DNA of 64,000 nucleotides from positions 319,961 through 383,960 of the forward strand of contig NMRA01000356.1 in assembly GCA_002633005.1 (NCBI GenBank), given 5' to 3'. The DNA comes from Phoronis australis (Eukaryota; Animalia; Phoronida). Every line of letters begins with the position of its first letter. The first letter of the stretch is position 1. A program made the position numbers and the translations under genes. This document shows, one piece after another, positions 12,393 to 26,200 of the stretch. The notes under the pieces are model-generated. The model was not told where the DNA came from, searched no databases, and was given only the letters and a program-made list of their open reading frames with translations.

Positions 12393-14563
12393 CTTTAGAC
12401 GGTGTATGCATCAAACAGTGTGATCCTTATGTTAAATGGAAAAAGTGTGGATAGAGCAGTGAGGGGGCATATGTTGGTAGACTCAGTACTGAATTCTATC
12501 ATAAAAGCCAGAACATTCAACATCCCACTTCCAAATATTGACAGATCAAGTAACGCCAATCCAAAACCAATGAAGAAAGAAATTCAGGTTCTTCAGAAAT
12601 TCCAGGAGTCCGGAATGTCACCAACACAGAACACACAGATTACATACCAAGAGCAGTTCAATGCTTGTACACAAATTTTGGCTCATCAGAAGATGGAGAC
12701 AGATTCTTCAGACATCTCAGACATCCCAACTGATCACATAACTAGATGTATACTATGGGGCATGCCATGCCCAGCCAGTGTCTTCCGATTCTGAACCTTG
12801 GATTACAGTGGAATGCCCTCACGAGAGTTCACTTCTGGTTTCCGACCTACTGCCATTGGTATATTCAANNNNNNNNNNNNNNNNNNNNNNNNNNNNNNNN
12901 NNNNNNNNNNNNNNNNNNNNNNNNNNNNNNNNNNNNNNNNNNNNNNNNNNNNNNNNNNNNNNNNNNNNNNNNNNNNNNNNNNNNNNNNNNNNNNNNNNNN
13001 NNNNNNNNNNNNNNNNNNNNNNNNNNNNNNNNNNNNNNNNNNNNNNNNNNNNNNNNNNNNNNNNNNNNNNNNNNNNNNNNNNNNNNNNNNNNNNNNNNNN
13101 NNNNNNNNNNNNNNNNNNNNNNNNNNNNNNNNNNNNNNNNNNNNNNNNNNNNNNNNNNNNNNNNNNNNNNNNNNNNNNNNNNNNNNNNNNNNNNNNNNNN
13201 NNNNNNNNNNNNNNNNNNNNNAATTTTACACAAGTGGATCCACGACTGCTATTTCAGCGAATCCTGACAGCTGCAAAAGACAACAGTGAAAGTTCATCAA
13301 GCCTTTTGAAGTTTGAGCTGTGTGTTGGTTCCCCTGTTCTTTTTGATACATCTGGTCTTCCCAGATTCGCTAATAAACCAATATGAGCTGATGCACTCTG
13401 ATCCAGTGGAGGACTACCTGAGGATTTCAATTTCCAGAAAACACGGTGACGCATGTAATCGACGGCGGTTCTCTCCTTCACCGTATTCCATGGCCTAGAG
13501 GTGCAACGTTTCAGTCATTTGGTAGAGCTTATGTGGATTACATCAGCAAGTGCACCCAGCCTACTGTTGTTTTTGATGGTTACTGAGACGGACCATCAAC
13601 TAAAGATGTCTCCCATGTTCGAAGACTGGGTGGGGTGGTTGGAACTGAAGTTCACTTCAATGGTGACATGGTGATCAAGTAAAAAAAGAACATTTTTGGC
13701 AAAAAGCAAAAACAAACGATTCACTCACTTCTTGTCAAGTTTGCGAGGAAATGCTGGTTGCACAGTGGTACAAGCTCAAGGTGACGCAGATGTTTTAGTT
13801 GTAGAAACAGCAGTAGAGAACGCAATAAAGGGTCCAACTACCGGCCCTTATTGCAGACGATACAGACTTGTTGGTTCTTTTGCCTTACCATGCTACTTCA
13901 CAACAAGAGACACCAAAGCAAGAGGAGAGTCTGGGACATCAAGGAACTACAGTTGTCTCTTGGTGCCGAAACTTGCGCAGTTTTGCCATTTGCGCATGAA
14001 ATAGGTGGTTGCAACACAACATTACAGCTGTTCGGTATTAGCAAAGGCTCTCCCATTCAAGAAACTGCGTGATCGAGAATTCTGCAAAAACTCTGGTAAG
14101 AGTATTCACTAGACACATGCAGCTGAATCAAGACATATTGGAAGCTGGTAAGAGTTGTATCTGCGCTTCATGGCGGTACTGGCTCTGGAAATTTGGATGA
14201 CTTGCGATACAGGCAATTTGTGGATGAGGTGTCAGACTAGCCACAGTCCAAATACAGTCATTATCACCAACTTTTTTCAGTAGCTATATTCCATGCTGCC
14301 GGGACATATTATCAAGAGCAAGAGCGGTCAAGTTTCCGTGGCAGTGGCCTAGACTCGCTGTATTGGGGATGGATGATGGCAGGTGGAAAATTCATTCTCA
14401 CGACGACGGACCATTCAGCAGCACCAGAGAACCTGCTGAAAGTAGTGAGATGCTCGGGTAAGACCAACTGCAGTTCCAAGAGATGTTCTTGCAGGAAGTT
14501 AGGATAGTCGTACTCGGTTGCATGTGGAGAATGCCGTGGTTTTAGCGGCAGCAATTCATTCTG
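12393..14563 (+). pseudogene. Academ transposase-XPG nuclease-Cys8 zinc finger pseudogene
   Basis: Fragments across frames, with stops and frameshifts: YASNSVILMLNGKSVDRAVRGHMLVDS; FELCVGSPVLFDTSGLPRFANKP; HVIDGGSLLHRIPWPRG; TVVFDGY*DGPSTKD; QAQGDADVLVVETA; ADDTDLLVLL; FAHEIGGCNTTLQLFGISKG; WGW..AAPENLLKVVRCSGKTNCSSKRCSCRKLG*SYSVACGECRG. Confidence 0.85.
12869..13220. other. Assembly gap (352 N)
   Basis: Run of N inside the Academ element. Confidence 1.
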
Positions 14564-16692
14564 AGTTGACAGAGATTAGTTGTGTAAATACTGGTTGATT
14601 GTGTATAGATTCACTAGCATTTACAACTAACTGGAAGTGACACAGACAGTGTGGATAGTAGATCACTGAATTAATTGCAGAGAGTTATTTTAAATACAGC
14701 ACATTTTTTCAGGAGGAGAATGATCCTTCAGTTCAGGCAAACCTGAAGTTTTTGACCCAAATAAGTTATTCGTTAAACCATCTTGAAATGGTAGTCGCAA
14801 TCATCAAGACAAAAATTATTGTAATGGATGTGCTGATTTAAAAAAGTCAGGATATGGCGTGTCTCTGGAATCTGAAGTTCTTACACGAAGCAACTATTTG
14901 GTGGCCATCTTGGAAATGGTGGAAGTAATCATTAGTGCCAAATGCAATTAGTCTCAATGGATTAGTCGACCCAGAAAACCTATGATGCGATGTTTGAAGC
15001 AAGACGACACGCTAATCTGTTCGTGTGAAGTTGTGCGACTCAAGTAGATTTAGCGGCCATCTTGGAAAATGGCGGACGGTGTCACCACAGCCATGTAAAA
15101 CCATTTCCAATGGATTTGTTTACCCACAAAACATAGGTAAACCTTTTTGAATTTTTACTTTATCTCATTCCACTCTTGAGGTATAGTGCGCATCAGAAAA
15201 TCTGGCGGCCATTTTGTCCGCCATCTTGAAAAACCAACTTCGCCGCCACTCCGATTCCGTTAGACTTTTTTTTTCCCACTAAGGGATGTGAAAGGATACG
15301 ATTTATGCAATAAAACCTTCTGTTGCAATTTTTTCCGGGTTATCCGTAGAATGACTGGACTATGGGTTTAGTGTTATCTACACGTAAGAGACACTTTTGC
15401 GGCACCATTTACTGTTCATAGGTCGTTGATTGTCGTTGTTTTAATTGTGTCTCAGTATTCATGTCAGACTACAAATTTCCACGTGTTAATAGGTTGTTGA
15501 GGGAGATAGCATAGGATTGTGTGTTGCGAATTATTTCCGTAGATTGTTTGTGGAGCTTATCTCTGTAACGAATGGATATTAAGATGGTGGTTGTAATCCA
15601 CCTGTTAAGCGCGTGTTTATGTTTATTTTATAGTACTCTCTTGAACTAAGATGTTTTGTCGTGAGATTATGTTGTGGCCAAAATTCATTACAATGTTGTT
15701 ATCGCGCAAGTCGTTGAGAAATTGTTTTTCAATTTGAGGTGTGTAAGAATATTTTGAAACGAAAGTAGGACGCTGGAGTTTTGAGTCAGATCTCAAGCAA
15801 TAGCGATGTGCCGGTTCTTCACGAGCCCTAATATCGCTACTTATCAAAGTCCTACTTTTTACGGAAGTCGGAATTTAGCTGCTCTGACAATAAAATACAA
15901 TGCATAGCCGTTACTACAATTATTCTTGTCCATATTAGAAAGAGTATTAGCCCTGTTTCAGATTCAATCTTGTTTTTGTTATCTATTGTGCCTAAGTGGG
16001 AAAAATCGAATGCAAATTGCCCATCTAACCAGAGATTATTATATTTTACTTGTTGTATGGTATTTTCTATCATATCTTTTTTATACTTGTATCATGTCAT
16101 AATAAATTACATTACTTTACTAACCTCGGTCTCCTTTTCATCCCTGGTAACGAGCTTGTGACGCACCTAATTTTAATTGGGACATATGTCGATCATAAAC
16201 TAATTTTATTTGAAATCAAGTACATGAAATGTAGGCCTTTCTTTTCAACAAAAAGCAAGATCCACATTTCTGTTTGAAATTGAATAACTGTAAACGTGAA
16301 TGTTCTTCATCAGCTCTGAGAACAAGACGCCAAGCTTAGCATCGTGAACTTCAATCTACAGAGGGGATAAATGGAAGTTAGTTGGTCCTATAAGCCATAT
16401 CACGTGAAGAGCCCAAGACAAAACCGGAAATTGACGACTCGTTTGTTACTGACTATTATCTATCTTCATTTAACAATCTCAGTCACTGGCAATCAACTCA
16501 GTTAACGCAGAAGTGGTGTCCCTATAGTTTGCGTTTTGTTGTTTTTGGTGACTACGATGCTACGAGTTTATTATCACTGCGGTGCGAAAACGCGTTTATA
16601 TGGACACTTCAACATTGTCAATAGATGTCGTAAAATTGCACCAAATGGAACGTGACCTGTGTGTTGAACACAATAAGAGTTGTGCACTGCGA

Positions 16693-17180
16693 ATGATGAG
16701 GCTGTTGTCTGGTCTAGTTTTCTTCAGCACTTGGTCATGCCATCTGATCGCCGGCGCCTCAGGTGAGTTTGGACCAAATTTTGCCATCCGTTTGAACAAC
16801 TTAGCACAGTTCTAATTCAAGGCTGCATATTTCGCCCTGTTTAACAACTTGATAAACGAATATTGAATTGCGGTATTTCTCCACTTATTTTGCACAATAA
16901 ATCACAAAACTGTATTTTTTCATTTTCGAAAGCTAATTACTTTACTGCAAACAATGAAAAAATTACCGAAAGTTGTTTTACAACATTATCACAGTACAAA
17001 CCATGCTATGTTGGTAAACTGAATTTTCTTAATTTTTCTTTTTGTGGAGGAATTTGACAAAATAGAATCTCACTTATGTTTTGTGTTAAATAAGCAAAGA
17101 ATTGCCGTAGGTCTTTACACTCATCAAATCGGTCTAATAATATCCCTTACTGTGATAGAATTCTTTTCAGTTGTCAACAA

Positions 17181-17229
<49 letters not shown>

Positions 17230-20200
17230 AAAAAGAACTTGGTTATCGTTAATTTTATTCAAGAAAAATTAAAAAATGAAAATTATCTGGTACGAATTTT
17301 GTTATTAATGATAGTTCTGAAAAGACCGTATGACGTAGTCACGGCGATCTGGTGACCATTCCAAACGTTGTCTTTTAAAAATAATTCTACATGGTTTACG
17401 GGCATTAAACTGAACGATCGGAAATTCAACAAAAATTTGTCACTTACGAAGAACGAAAACTTTTAAGAAGTAGACGACAAAATCGTTACCTTGTTAACGT
17501 GACACGTCCGGATAATCGACACGTATCAGTTCGAGAATGATCGTCGAACCATGGAGGTCGAAAACTTTAACAGAATAACGAGTTTATCATGTCTAAAGTA
17601 TTTTTGCTCTTCGTATGTATTCTGGACCAATGAGTCTTTATAGCATTTATCAGTTGCCTTTTATTATTTCTAGAATTCAATAATTGCTCTGAAAATCCGT
17701 TGAGGAATGCCCAAGTTCTCAAACAATTTTTGATAGTATTAACAGTTGCATGTCTGTTCAACGATGAAATATGTTTTATATGTTATAATTAGATGTAATT
17801 ATTCGTACACACATGGATTTTTTCCAAGGAGAAAATATTTTTTTGTAAAAACGTCGAAAGAATGCAAAATAAATATTTTTTCACTGTCATGTTTTAAGCA
17901 ACCGTGGGAGTTAACAGCAATAGCTGCATTTTAAAGCTGTATTTCTCCCTGATTAGATCAAAAATGACTATTTTCTACGCATGTGTAGAGTTTATAGGTA
18001 CAGATACGTAAATATGTATCGCGCGTCTGGTGCTCTTAAAGGTGGAGAGGATCGTATCAAGAATTCAAATACATGGACATGGAATCATTTCCACCCCGAT
18101 TGTTACATGACCTTGCAATATTGCTAACTGTAAGGTTTTATTTTGATGTTGTCTATGTTTCTACAGGACTGAACGTTTCAACGTGATAAACAATGAACCA
18201 TTAAAGACATGCACTATTTTCAATGAACCATTATAGACATGCAAAATTATTTTCATATTGAATTTGTGTTCCATGTAGTTCCTGACCATAAAGGGCGCGA
18301 GTTTGTGCTAGCATTCGGTGCCAATTATTATAGTACCGATGCTGATGTTGAACTGTTCATAACCACAGAAGAACAAGATGTTGGAGTAAACGTCAGCGTT
18401 CCTTTACTTCCACACTACCCAGTCTATAGGGTGAGTTTATTATTATTGTTTCACAATGAGTAATGCCAATTCAAAATGAGGTCGCTAATCGCGGAGTTTC
18501 GCTGGCCAAAAGTCAACGTCCAACTCGAAATAAAAGTCATTTATTACGATACCATAACGGTATAGAAATAGTAGTGTCAAATAATAAATAAACGTAAAAA
18601 TAATCTGTGGAAAGATGGGCAATAAAAAGCGCAGTTTATTTGTGGAACTTCATGAAGATGAATTTCTTTGACATGGTGCTTGTTAAATATGTTTTACATG
18701 CTTTTTTCACTTTTGATCGTTCATTTCTCCGTTTATCTGCAGTCCAAGTACTATAACCTCATATTAAAACCAACTTTCTTTGCACTTTCCGCAAGAGGCT
18801 CCGTCCTGCACGCCATTGCACACAATTCTTCTCCTCACGCGGGAAAGTGGCACCGAGAGGTGAAAGATTTTGCGTACGTTGAGACCTGAGCCGCGCGCAG
18901 GCCAGAAAGTCTAGGTGCCATGAACTTCACAATTTTCATTCGCAAACAGTGTTTGCGGAAATGGTGGGCTATCGCTGTGCTTACACTTTTTCCTTGTTGA
19001 TAAGCGGGAAATTTATGATTAGGTTGATTGACATGTCGGAATTATTCATGTTTTACGCTGTGAGGGAAAGCGTTACTAACCATGGTTTTACATAGATCCC
19101 CTTCGTTTACAAAGACGATGTGATTGCCTTGTATGCAGCGTATAACTGACTACACTTTCAGATATGTTCAAATCAGTTCTTACAAAATTAAACATAACCG
19201 TGGCGAAAAAACATAGTTATTAAAACTAAATAGTAGTTTTAGACATGTATTTGTTCACTCATTTGCAGCTAACGGTTAGCAACGGACTCTCGGCAAGAGT
19301 AAATTACTCAAAGGACGTCCGTTTGTCTAACGTGGCTTTAGAAAACAAAGGGATTCTAATCCAGAGCTCTGCGGACGTTGTTGTTTACGCAACGAACAAG
19401 GCCACAAGTAGCGTGGATGCCTTTCTGGCTCTACCGACTGATATACTGGGCACTTTGTATTATATTCCTTCATATCCTGGCGCAGTGGAGACAACGGGAC
19501 AACCACTTGTTGGTCCTCAAGCAGGTAAGTACACGTTACTATAGGTTTCGAAACCAGAAAATAGGCTACACAGAGATGTGGTCCACCAACTACAGCTGAA
19601 CTGGTAGGGAACCTACCAAATGAACAGACATTTTCAACATCACTCTGAGCTTAATCGTCAGCCAATGGTTGCACTTGGTTGACTTCGCCATTTTCTCGTG
19701 GTCAAGCGGCGGCTAAGACATTTGATACTGATCTGCACGCCGGAACTCGTCATCGGGAATCAGCCTCTATAGCCGCTTCGGAGTCACCAGTTCAAGCAAA
19801 TGATGAAAGTAAAATGATTTTCTTTCGAAGAGCAAGAACGCTTGTGAACAAATTTGTGAAGTTTAGACACAGCGGCATGGTTCATAAGACTGACATAGAA
19901 CGCGAAAAACAAAAATTCATTATTAAAAATGGTTCTCTGCCTCTAAAACAGATGTCAAACTGTTCACCAGGGCCAAGTTGCATAAAAGTTATACGTCGTA
20001 TAGCAGCAATGACGTCGCATTATCGCACGTTACGTTGTTATTGTTGAACAATGCATTAGGCGTCATGCAACAATCTAAATTATCCAGCGGATAATTTTGA
20101 AGTTTTATGCAACTCAGCCAGGTTAATTCGTAGATTTCGAATTTCTGTTGAGCATTTTCCCTTTAGTTTCAAATTTCAAATAAACGAAACGATCTGTCAA

Positions 20201-23200
20201 CTGCACATAAGTTCGTCATATTTTTCCCACAAGGCAAAGCAAGTATCCTTTAGTGGCATGGCAAGATGACGTAACACATTTCCCTTATATGGACGTAGCA
20301 CATTTCCCTTATATGGAAAATGTGGATTTCGACCTTTAATGTAAACAAAACAATGGCGATTTCAAGCAGCAGCCAGTCAGTCTGACTTCTTTGAGCATGC
20401 ATATATATCATCAGGGGCAAATGATTTGAAAACTGTATTGGAAAATGTATATATTTCGTCTGTGTGTGTTTCAAAAATAGTGAATCTGGTGATTTTTTTT
20501 CTAGAAATTCTACAATATTTACATTAGCATGCGCAAGAAGTAGATTCGTCACAATCAGTTTAAAGAGGATTTTTACGAGTCTCTGCGTTCCAGGCCTCTT
20601 TAATTTAAGTAACTACTGTAAAATAGACACACACACAACACGGCCGACACACAGAAAACACGGAGACGTACAAGTAGGTAACCGACACTGAGTGAATCCG
20701 TCGATCCATCTCGGATACGGTGTAGCCATTTGGCTAGTAGGTTGTTGTACGCTGATAGCAAGGCAGAACAGACAGACGGACAGGCAGACAAGCACACGCA
20801 CACATTTGTATTTGTAACTCTCCGTGTCACGGTAAGATATAATATTAAGAATACAGGTTACGAATTATGATACCTTGTTTGTATTTAAAGTGACAAGGTT
20901 AAAAATTATCCCATGACCGACAAGTTGTCTCCAGATTCTTTAATGTTTGACTTTACAGGATTCATCGCGGTTCACGACAACACCACAGTTACAGCATCTT
21001 TTCCGGCAGACCGTAACCATGGCAACTGGCTTGAGTATGACGGTCGTAATATCTCGGATGGCGACTCGTTGACAGTAGTTCTGAATAGATATCAAACGTT
21101 CCAACTACAGACCAAAAACGACCTGACTGGCGTAAGAGTAGTGTCTAATAAACCATTAGCACTAGTTGCCGGTAATAAGCGTACTTATGTGCCCTGGCAA
21201 CTGGATAAAAGTTCTGATCACCTTGAGGAGATGGTTCCACCTGTCAACACTTGGGGGCGCCACTTCATCACAGTGCCGTTTACAGGAAGAAGAAGCGGGG
21301 ACATCTTCAGGATTTTAGGTACCACAGGGTAATTAGGCCTACTAATTAGATATAACGTAGTACCTCTCTTAAAAGATAGTGCATGTCTCGTAGGAATATT
21401 TCGAAAATTACGGCTCGTATTTTGCGTTTACAACCAACTCCACGTGAATTCGAAGTCCGGGGTAAAGTTCAGTATAGCTAGGCCTAGTGACTCTCAGTTC
21501 GCGAAAAATCTAGCCAAAATCACGTGTTCTCATTTAAAATACACAATATCTCATATAATCTCGCGAAGTCTTGCTTTTTAGCGTAGTTCCTAGCGTTAAC
21601 TCTACCCAGAACTGTGGCGACCATGTTCGTGCACCGGCCACCCTGAGAAGTTAATTGCCCGATGGATAATCAAAAAGAAAGTTCAAAACTCAAGCTGAAA
21701 GAGTGTTATTTTATGAATGATTTTGTGTCCGTTAAAATTCACTTTGTAAAGTTTTTAGTGGAAGGGTATCTTTAAGTGCTTCACTGACTGAGGGCGAAAC
21801 TAATGAAGTACGTCGGTACGTGGTTCGTCAGTTTGACCTTGGTCCGTCCTTGCGGTCACTCACTACAATTACAAACCCACCTTCCGCCAAAACATTTTTA
21901 TTACCGCATTTACCGCAAAATTGTTCTCAATGTGTTCCTTATTCAAATTTCTGTGCTTGGGAAGAACTGTCATTCCGTTCCGAGTCCCTTGAGGTGGGTT
22001 AGAATCAATACAAGTTGGCTTCTTGACCCGGCGGGTCATTTTAAACGACACGCATGGCAAATGCAATTCTTCTCAAGCTCAAAAATCGAAACTAGAGAGG
22101 AAAAGTTGAGTCCTGTTGGTGTGTGGTACTAAATCAATACGTTGGTATTTTGTAGACTCCGAGTTCGTGCATCTTGCACGTCAACCCTTTTTATTTCTAC
22201 CATAGTAGTACTGAGGGCTGTTTCTCAAACCGAGTCTATTGCTCTTTTGACTAAAGTAAGTCTACAGATGGCGTGCCTCAGGCCGGCTAAATCAGAAAAT
22301 CTCTCTACAACTTCAAGACAAAAGACTGAAATCCGTAGCCTGCTCCGGAACAATTAAAAGCCAAAGTCAAATCAACATTTATAGTGGGTATGGACTTCAG
22401 TCGAGAAACTGGCCACTGATCTACGAGCAACACCCTCGTCGCCACCAATCCTTTTCTACAAAAACGCCGTGTAACCTACATGTAGAACAAGTCGGTCGGT
22501 TTTTGAAATGGATTTTCCTTGGCAAAAAACGAAGCGGTTAGGGAAAAACAGCATTTCAGCGCACTACAAAAACCTTAAAACGTGTTGCAAATAAGAAAAA
22601 ACCGTAACGGTTGACACGAATACAAGTTTTCCACCATTTGCAATAATTCATTTTCCGGGAGGTTAGATAAAAACGCATAGTTAGTTCTATACTCTATCAC
22701 AGTGCTACGAAATAGGTGGCGCTGTATCAGAGGGTAAGTTAGTTCTGGTCCTTGCGTACCATTTTGAAACCCACTGCAGTGGCGGATATACGTTTTCAGA
22801 AAAGGGGGATTTAGGATTTCCGCAAAGGTCGAGTCCGAGGCGCGTGGCGCCGAGAGGGGGGAGGTCGGGAGGGGGTTTCCTCCCTTCCGTCTAAGACAAT
22901 TTTTTGTTTTTGTAGCCAAATAGTGAAATTTCCATGCATCCTGCTAAGTTTCTGGCACTTAACATGTCTCTTGCGTTTTCCTTAAGATAATTTAAAGCCC
23001 TTCTGGATTTCGTCACATGAACTTGGCTCATAAGTTTCGTGAAATCATATTTGTGCACATGTGGGTATGAGTCACGCCACCAGCAAAATTTTTTGTTGGA
23101 ACATCTGCTTATACACACCTTTTTAGCATACGAAAAGTCGTATATGAAAATGTGTGGTGTGTGTGTGTGGGGTTTAGACATCCACCAAATATTCAAGAGC

Positions 23201-26200
23201 ATAAGGAGCACCGACGCGGCGTAAAACTTTGAATATCAGATGATCGCGTAACAGCAGCCTCAAGTTGTTTAAGAACGAAGACCTGTACTGTTTGTCCGGA
23301 AATAAACATGTGTTCCGTCTCGTTACAAGAAAAGCTGGCGAACGATGGTGCTCTTAGCTCATATCATAGTCTGTTATCAAAAGCGACTATAAACCATAAA
23401 GTATCACTTTATTAATCTGAATCACGTTGACAGCAATTGAAAAACGTCAAATGCATCAGGAAACAAATCATCTGAAAACAGTTTCACGAAACCAAAACAT
23501 TCTGTTCATCGTGGTGAAAAGACATACAGGACCAGTTCGCAGAGGGACCAGATGTACACTGAGAGTACACAAAAAGGCTGGCCTGGTCCGTCACGAGAAC
23601 AAAAGTACACCTGTGCTTATTATCCCTATAAAAATAGTCGATCTGTTCGCGGGACCAAACAGTACTGGCTGAGTTAAATAGTTTTACAAAGCACACTTTG
23701 GGTAAAAAAAAATCACAAGACTAGTTCGCCGAGGGACCACAAGTACACTGAAACTCAATATCTACACAAATAAAGCTGGCCTGGTCTGTCGCGAGACCTA
23801 AAGCGTACATGTACTATGCAAAAAATTTTGAATTGAAAACTTATCTCTGGACACTTTTTAATGCCCCGGGTGGTTGCTCATACGTGTATTTTATACATCG
23901 TCAACTGCTGCGAGAGGTTGTCTAGGAAGGGTTTTCGCACCGTTCTGTTGTACTCATTGGAAGAAACAAGTATTGAGAACAAACTTAACTACACACTACG
24001 TGAAATAGATTTTGGATATGAAGCAGATAGAGCCAAGCGGAAATACAAACCAGAATCAGTTTCTGTGCGCTTGTAGACCCTCTGCTGTACTGGGCAAATT
24101 TGGCAGGACCAAAAATAATTTCTATTTCGTTTTCATTGTACACAAGCATAAAAAACCGACATTATGTACAAACTGTGTAGAATTATAACTTATTACGTCG
24201 GTGTTTCTCCAGGAACGTTAGTCCTGTCCCGCTGTTGTCTGGACTGCCGAGGAATCTGTATATCGGATCCAACGGTTTGCTCGTCTTAGAACCATTCTAC
24301 CCAGACATCTTCGATGTTTGTTCCCATCGCTTACACTTCGTCAACTGCTGTGTCAATGAGTTTGTAAGCCTCTAGAATGTCAGCATCTCGTTTGGCAACT
24401 CAATTGGCACTAAGCTCCCAATTCCATTCAAAAGACTTACATGCGCAACTAAATTTGATCCGTTCATCATGAACTACTTCAAATCTAGACGATGTATTCC
24501 AGGACCTATTTGCATCTCTTGCCATTTTCGGAATAAACGTCCAAATGTCTGAACGCTTGAAACCCCAAGTAGGCCTACTAACATCAAATAAATTCCCATG
24601 GGCATGGGTGTTTCATCGGGTGGGCTTTTCTGCGGAAATTCCCAGTTGAGAAGACGGCAGTGGTGCTTATTGCAGGTAGAAAGACGATAGTTGTTGAGGT
24701 CGGAACTAGGGCTCCTTAGGAGGCCTATGAACATCGCACGAGTCCTGCAAGACTTTGCTGTGAAAATACAGCCTACCCGCAACTTCTGGTACTGTACACT
24801 GTTCGCGAATGCGGTCATTTTGTCAATGTGAGTGCCCCCTTGGTCATTCTTTGTATATACATAACTTGTTAGAGTGCATCTTCAAACGAACTCGCGACCA
24901 GACCACGGCCCCGCGACAATAGCAATTCTTCGGAAAACGAGTTCTTTTCAAAAATATTACATGTACACTGTATGATATTGCGCAAGACAACTTTACTATA
25001 CACTAGTCAAATTTGAGTTACAGACGTGTGGGGTATAATGGAATGACACGGCATGACAGATGAGGTAAAAACGTTGCCCGTCAATTCGCCTGAATATCAG
25101 GGTTGTGGTACCGCAGTATTTCCCCTGATTAAATCAAAACATATCTTAGAGTAAAGAAGCTAGTTACTTAAAGAAATTAGCTATAGATCTGCTCTTTCAG
25201 CTGTGGATCCATCTAAAATGCTTGGCTACTTCAGGAGTGTCGACGGAAGCGCGCGCACAATTGATCTCCACGCGTTTTGCCGATGAGCCACGAAGACTCG
25301 AAATGCCTTGATTTTCATAACAGGAATTCGCAGTGGAAAAATTATATTTTCAGAGTGAACCCCCGCTCTCGCCCTCCCCTCATTTTTTCCAAGTTGGTTT
25401 ACTTTAGGTTTACACAAGCTGGCGGTGTCGTTTCTGTTTTGCACTGAGTACGTTTTTGTTTTTTTTTATTTTTGGGTCCTGGCCCAAGGGGGGGTTTAAA
25501 CCCCCTGAACCCCCCCCCCCCGTAGATCCGTCACTGCACTGCGTTTTCACTACTGAAATGGCCAAAAACCAAACTTCTACCACAAACACTGACCAATTTG
25601 ATTAAGACCACTTGAGCTACGAAATTGGTCTTAAAATTTTCCTCAGTTAAATTAGGGCTTTGACATAGTAAATAATTCGGCCTTCATACATTGTATGCAC
25701 GACGTGGAGGGCTTCATACGTTGTATGCACGACTGGAGGGCTTCATACATTGTATGCACGACATGGAGGGCTTCATACATATACACGACATGGAGGGCTT
25801 CATACATTGTATGCACGACGTGGAGGGCTTCATAATTGTATGCACGACTGGAGGGCTTCATACATTGTATGCACGACTGGAGGGCTTCATACATATACAC
25901 GACATGGAGGGCTTCATACATTGTATGCACGACGTGGAGGGCTTCATACATTGTATGCACGACGTGGAGGGCTTCATACCTTCATACATTGTATGCACGA
26001 CATGGAGGGCTTCATACATTGTATGCAAGACATGGAGGGCTTCATACGTTGTATGCACGACTGGAGGGCTTCATACATATACACGACATGGAGGGCTTCA
26101 TACATTTTCAGGCATTTTCAATTTCCACTATTTACTTAACAAAAACGGTTTAACAGCAGTTCGTGTCCATAATTTTCATAGACTACTGTAGGCGATTGTG

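Larger units (their letters stand above)
11167..15362 (+). mobile_element. Academ (AcademX-type) DNA transposon, decayed
   Basis: Termini 5'-TAGTCCAGTCATTCTA ... TAGAATGACTGGACTA-3' (TAG/CTA ends are typical of Academ). Imperfect TIRs of about 160 bp, subterminal AA(A/G)ATGGC(G/T)G repeats and an internal transposase/XPG/Cys-rich remnant. Flanks are TTG and TGG, so a 3-bp TSD has one mismatch. Confidence 0.88.

Noticed and set aside
12746-13386. Long ORFs in the track
   Set aside because: They are artefacts of translating through the N gap; only the flanking Academ fragments are meaningful.
25652-26191. Overlapping repetitive ORFs and a CRISPR-like look
   Set aside because: Units are contiguous with no unique spacers, the context is a eukaryotic intron and there are no cas genes. 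The ORFs arise from a stop-poor minisatellite.
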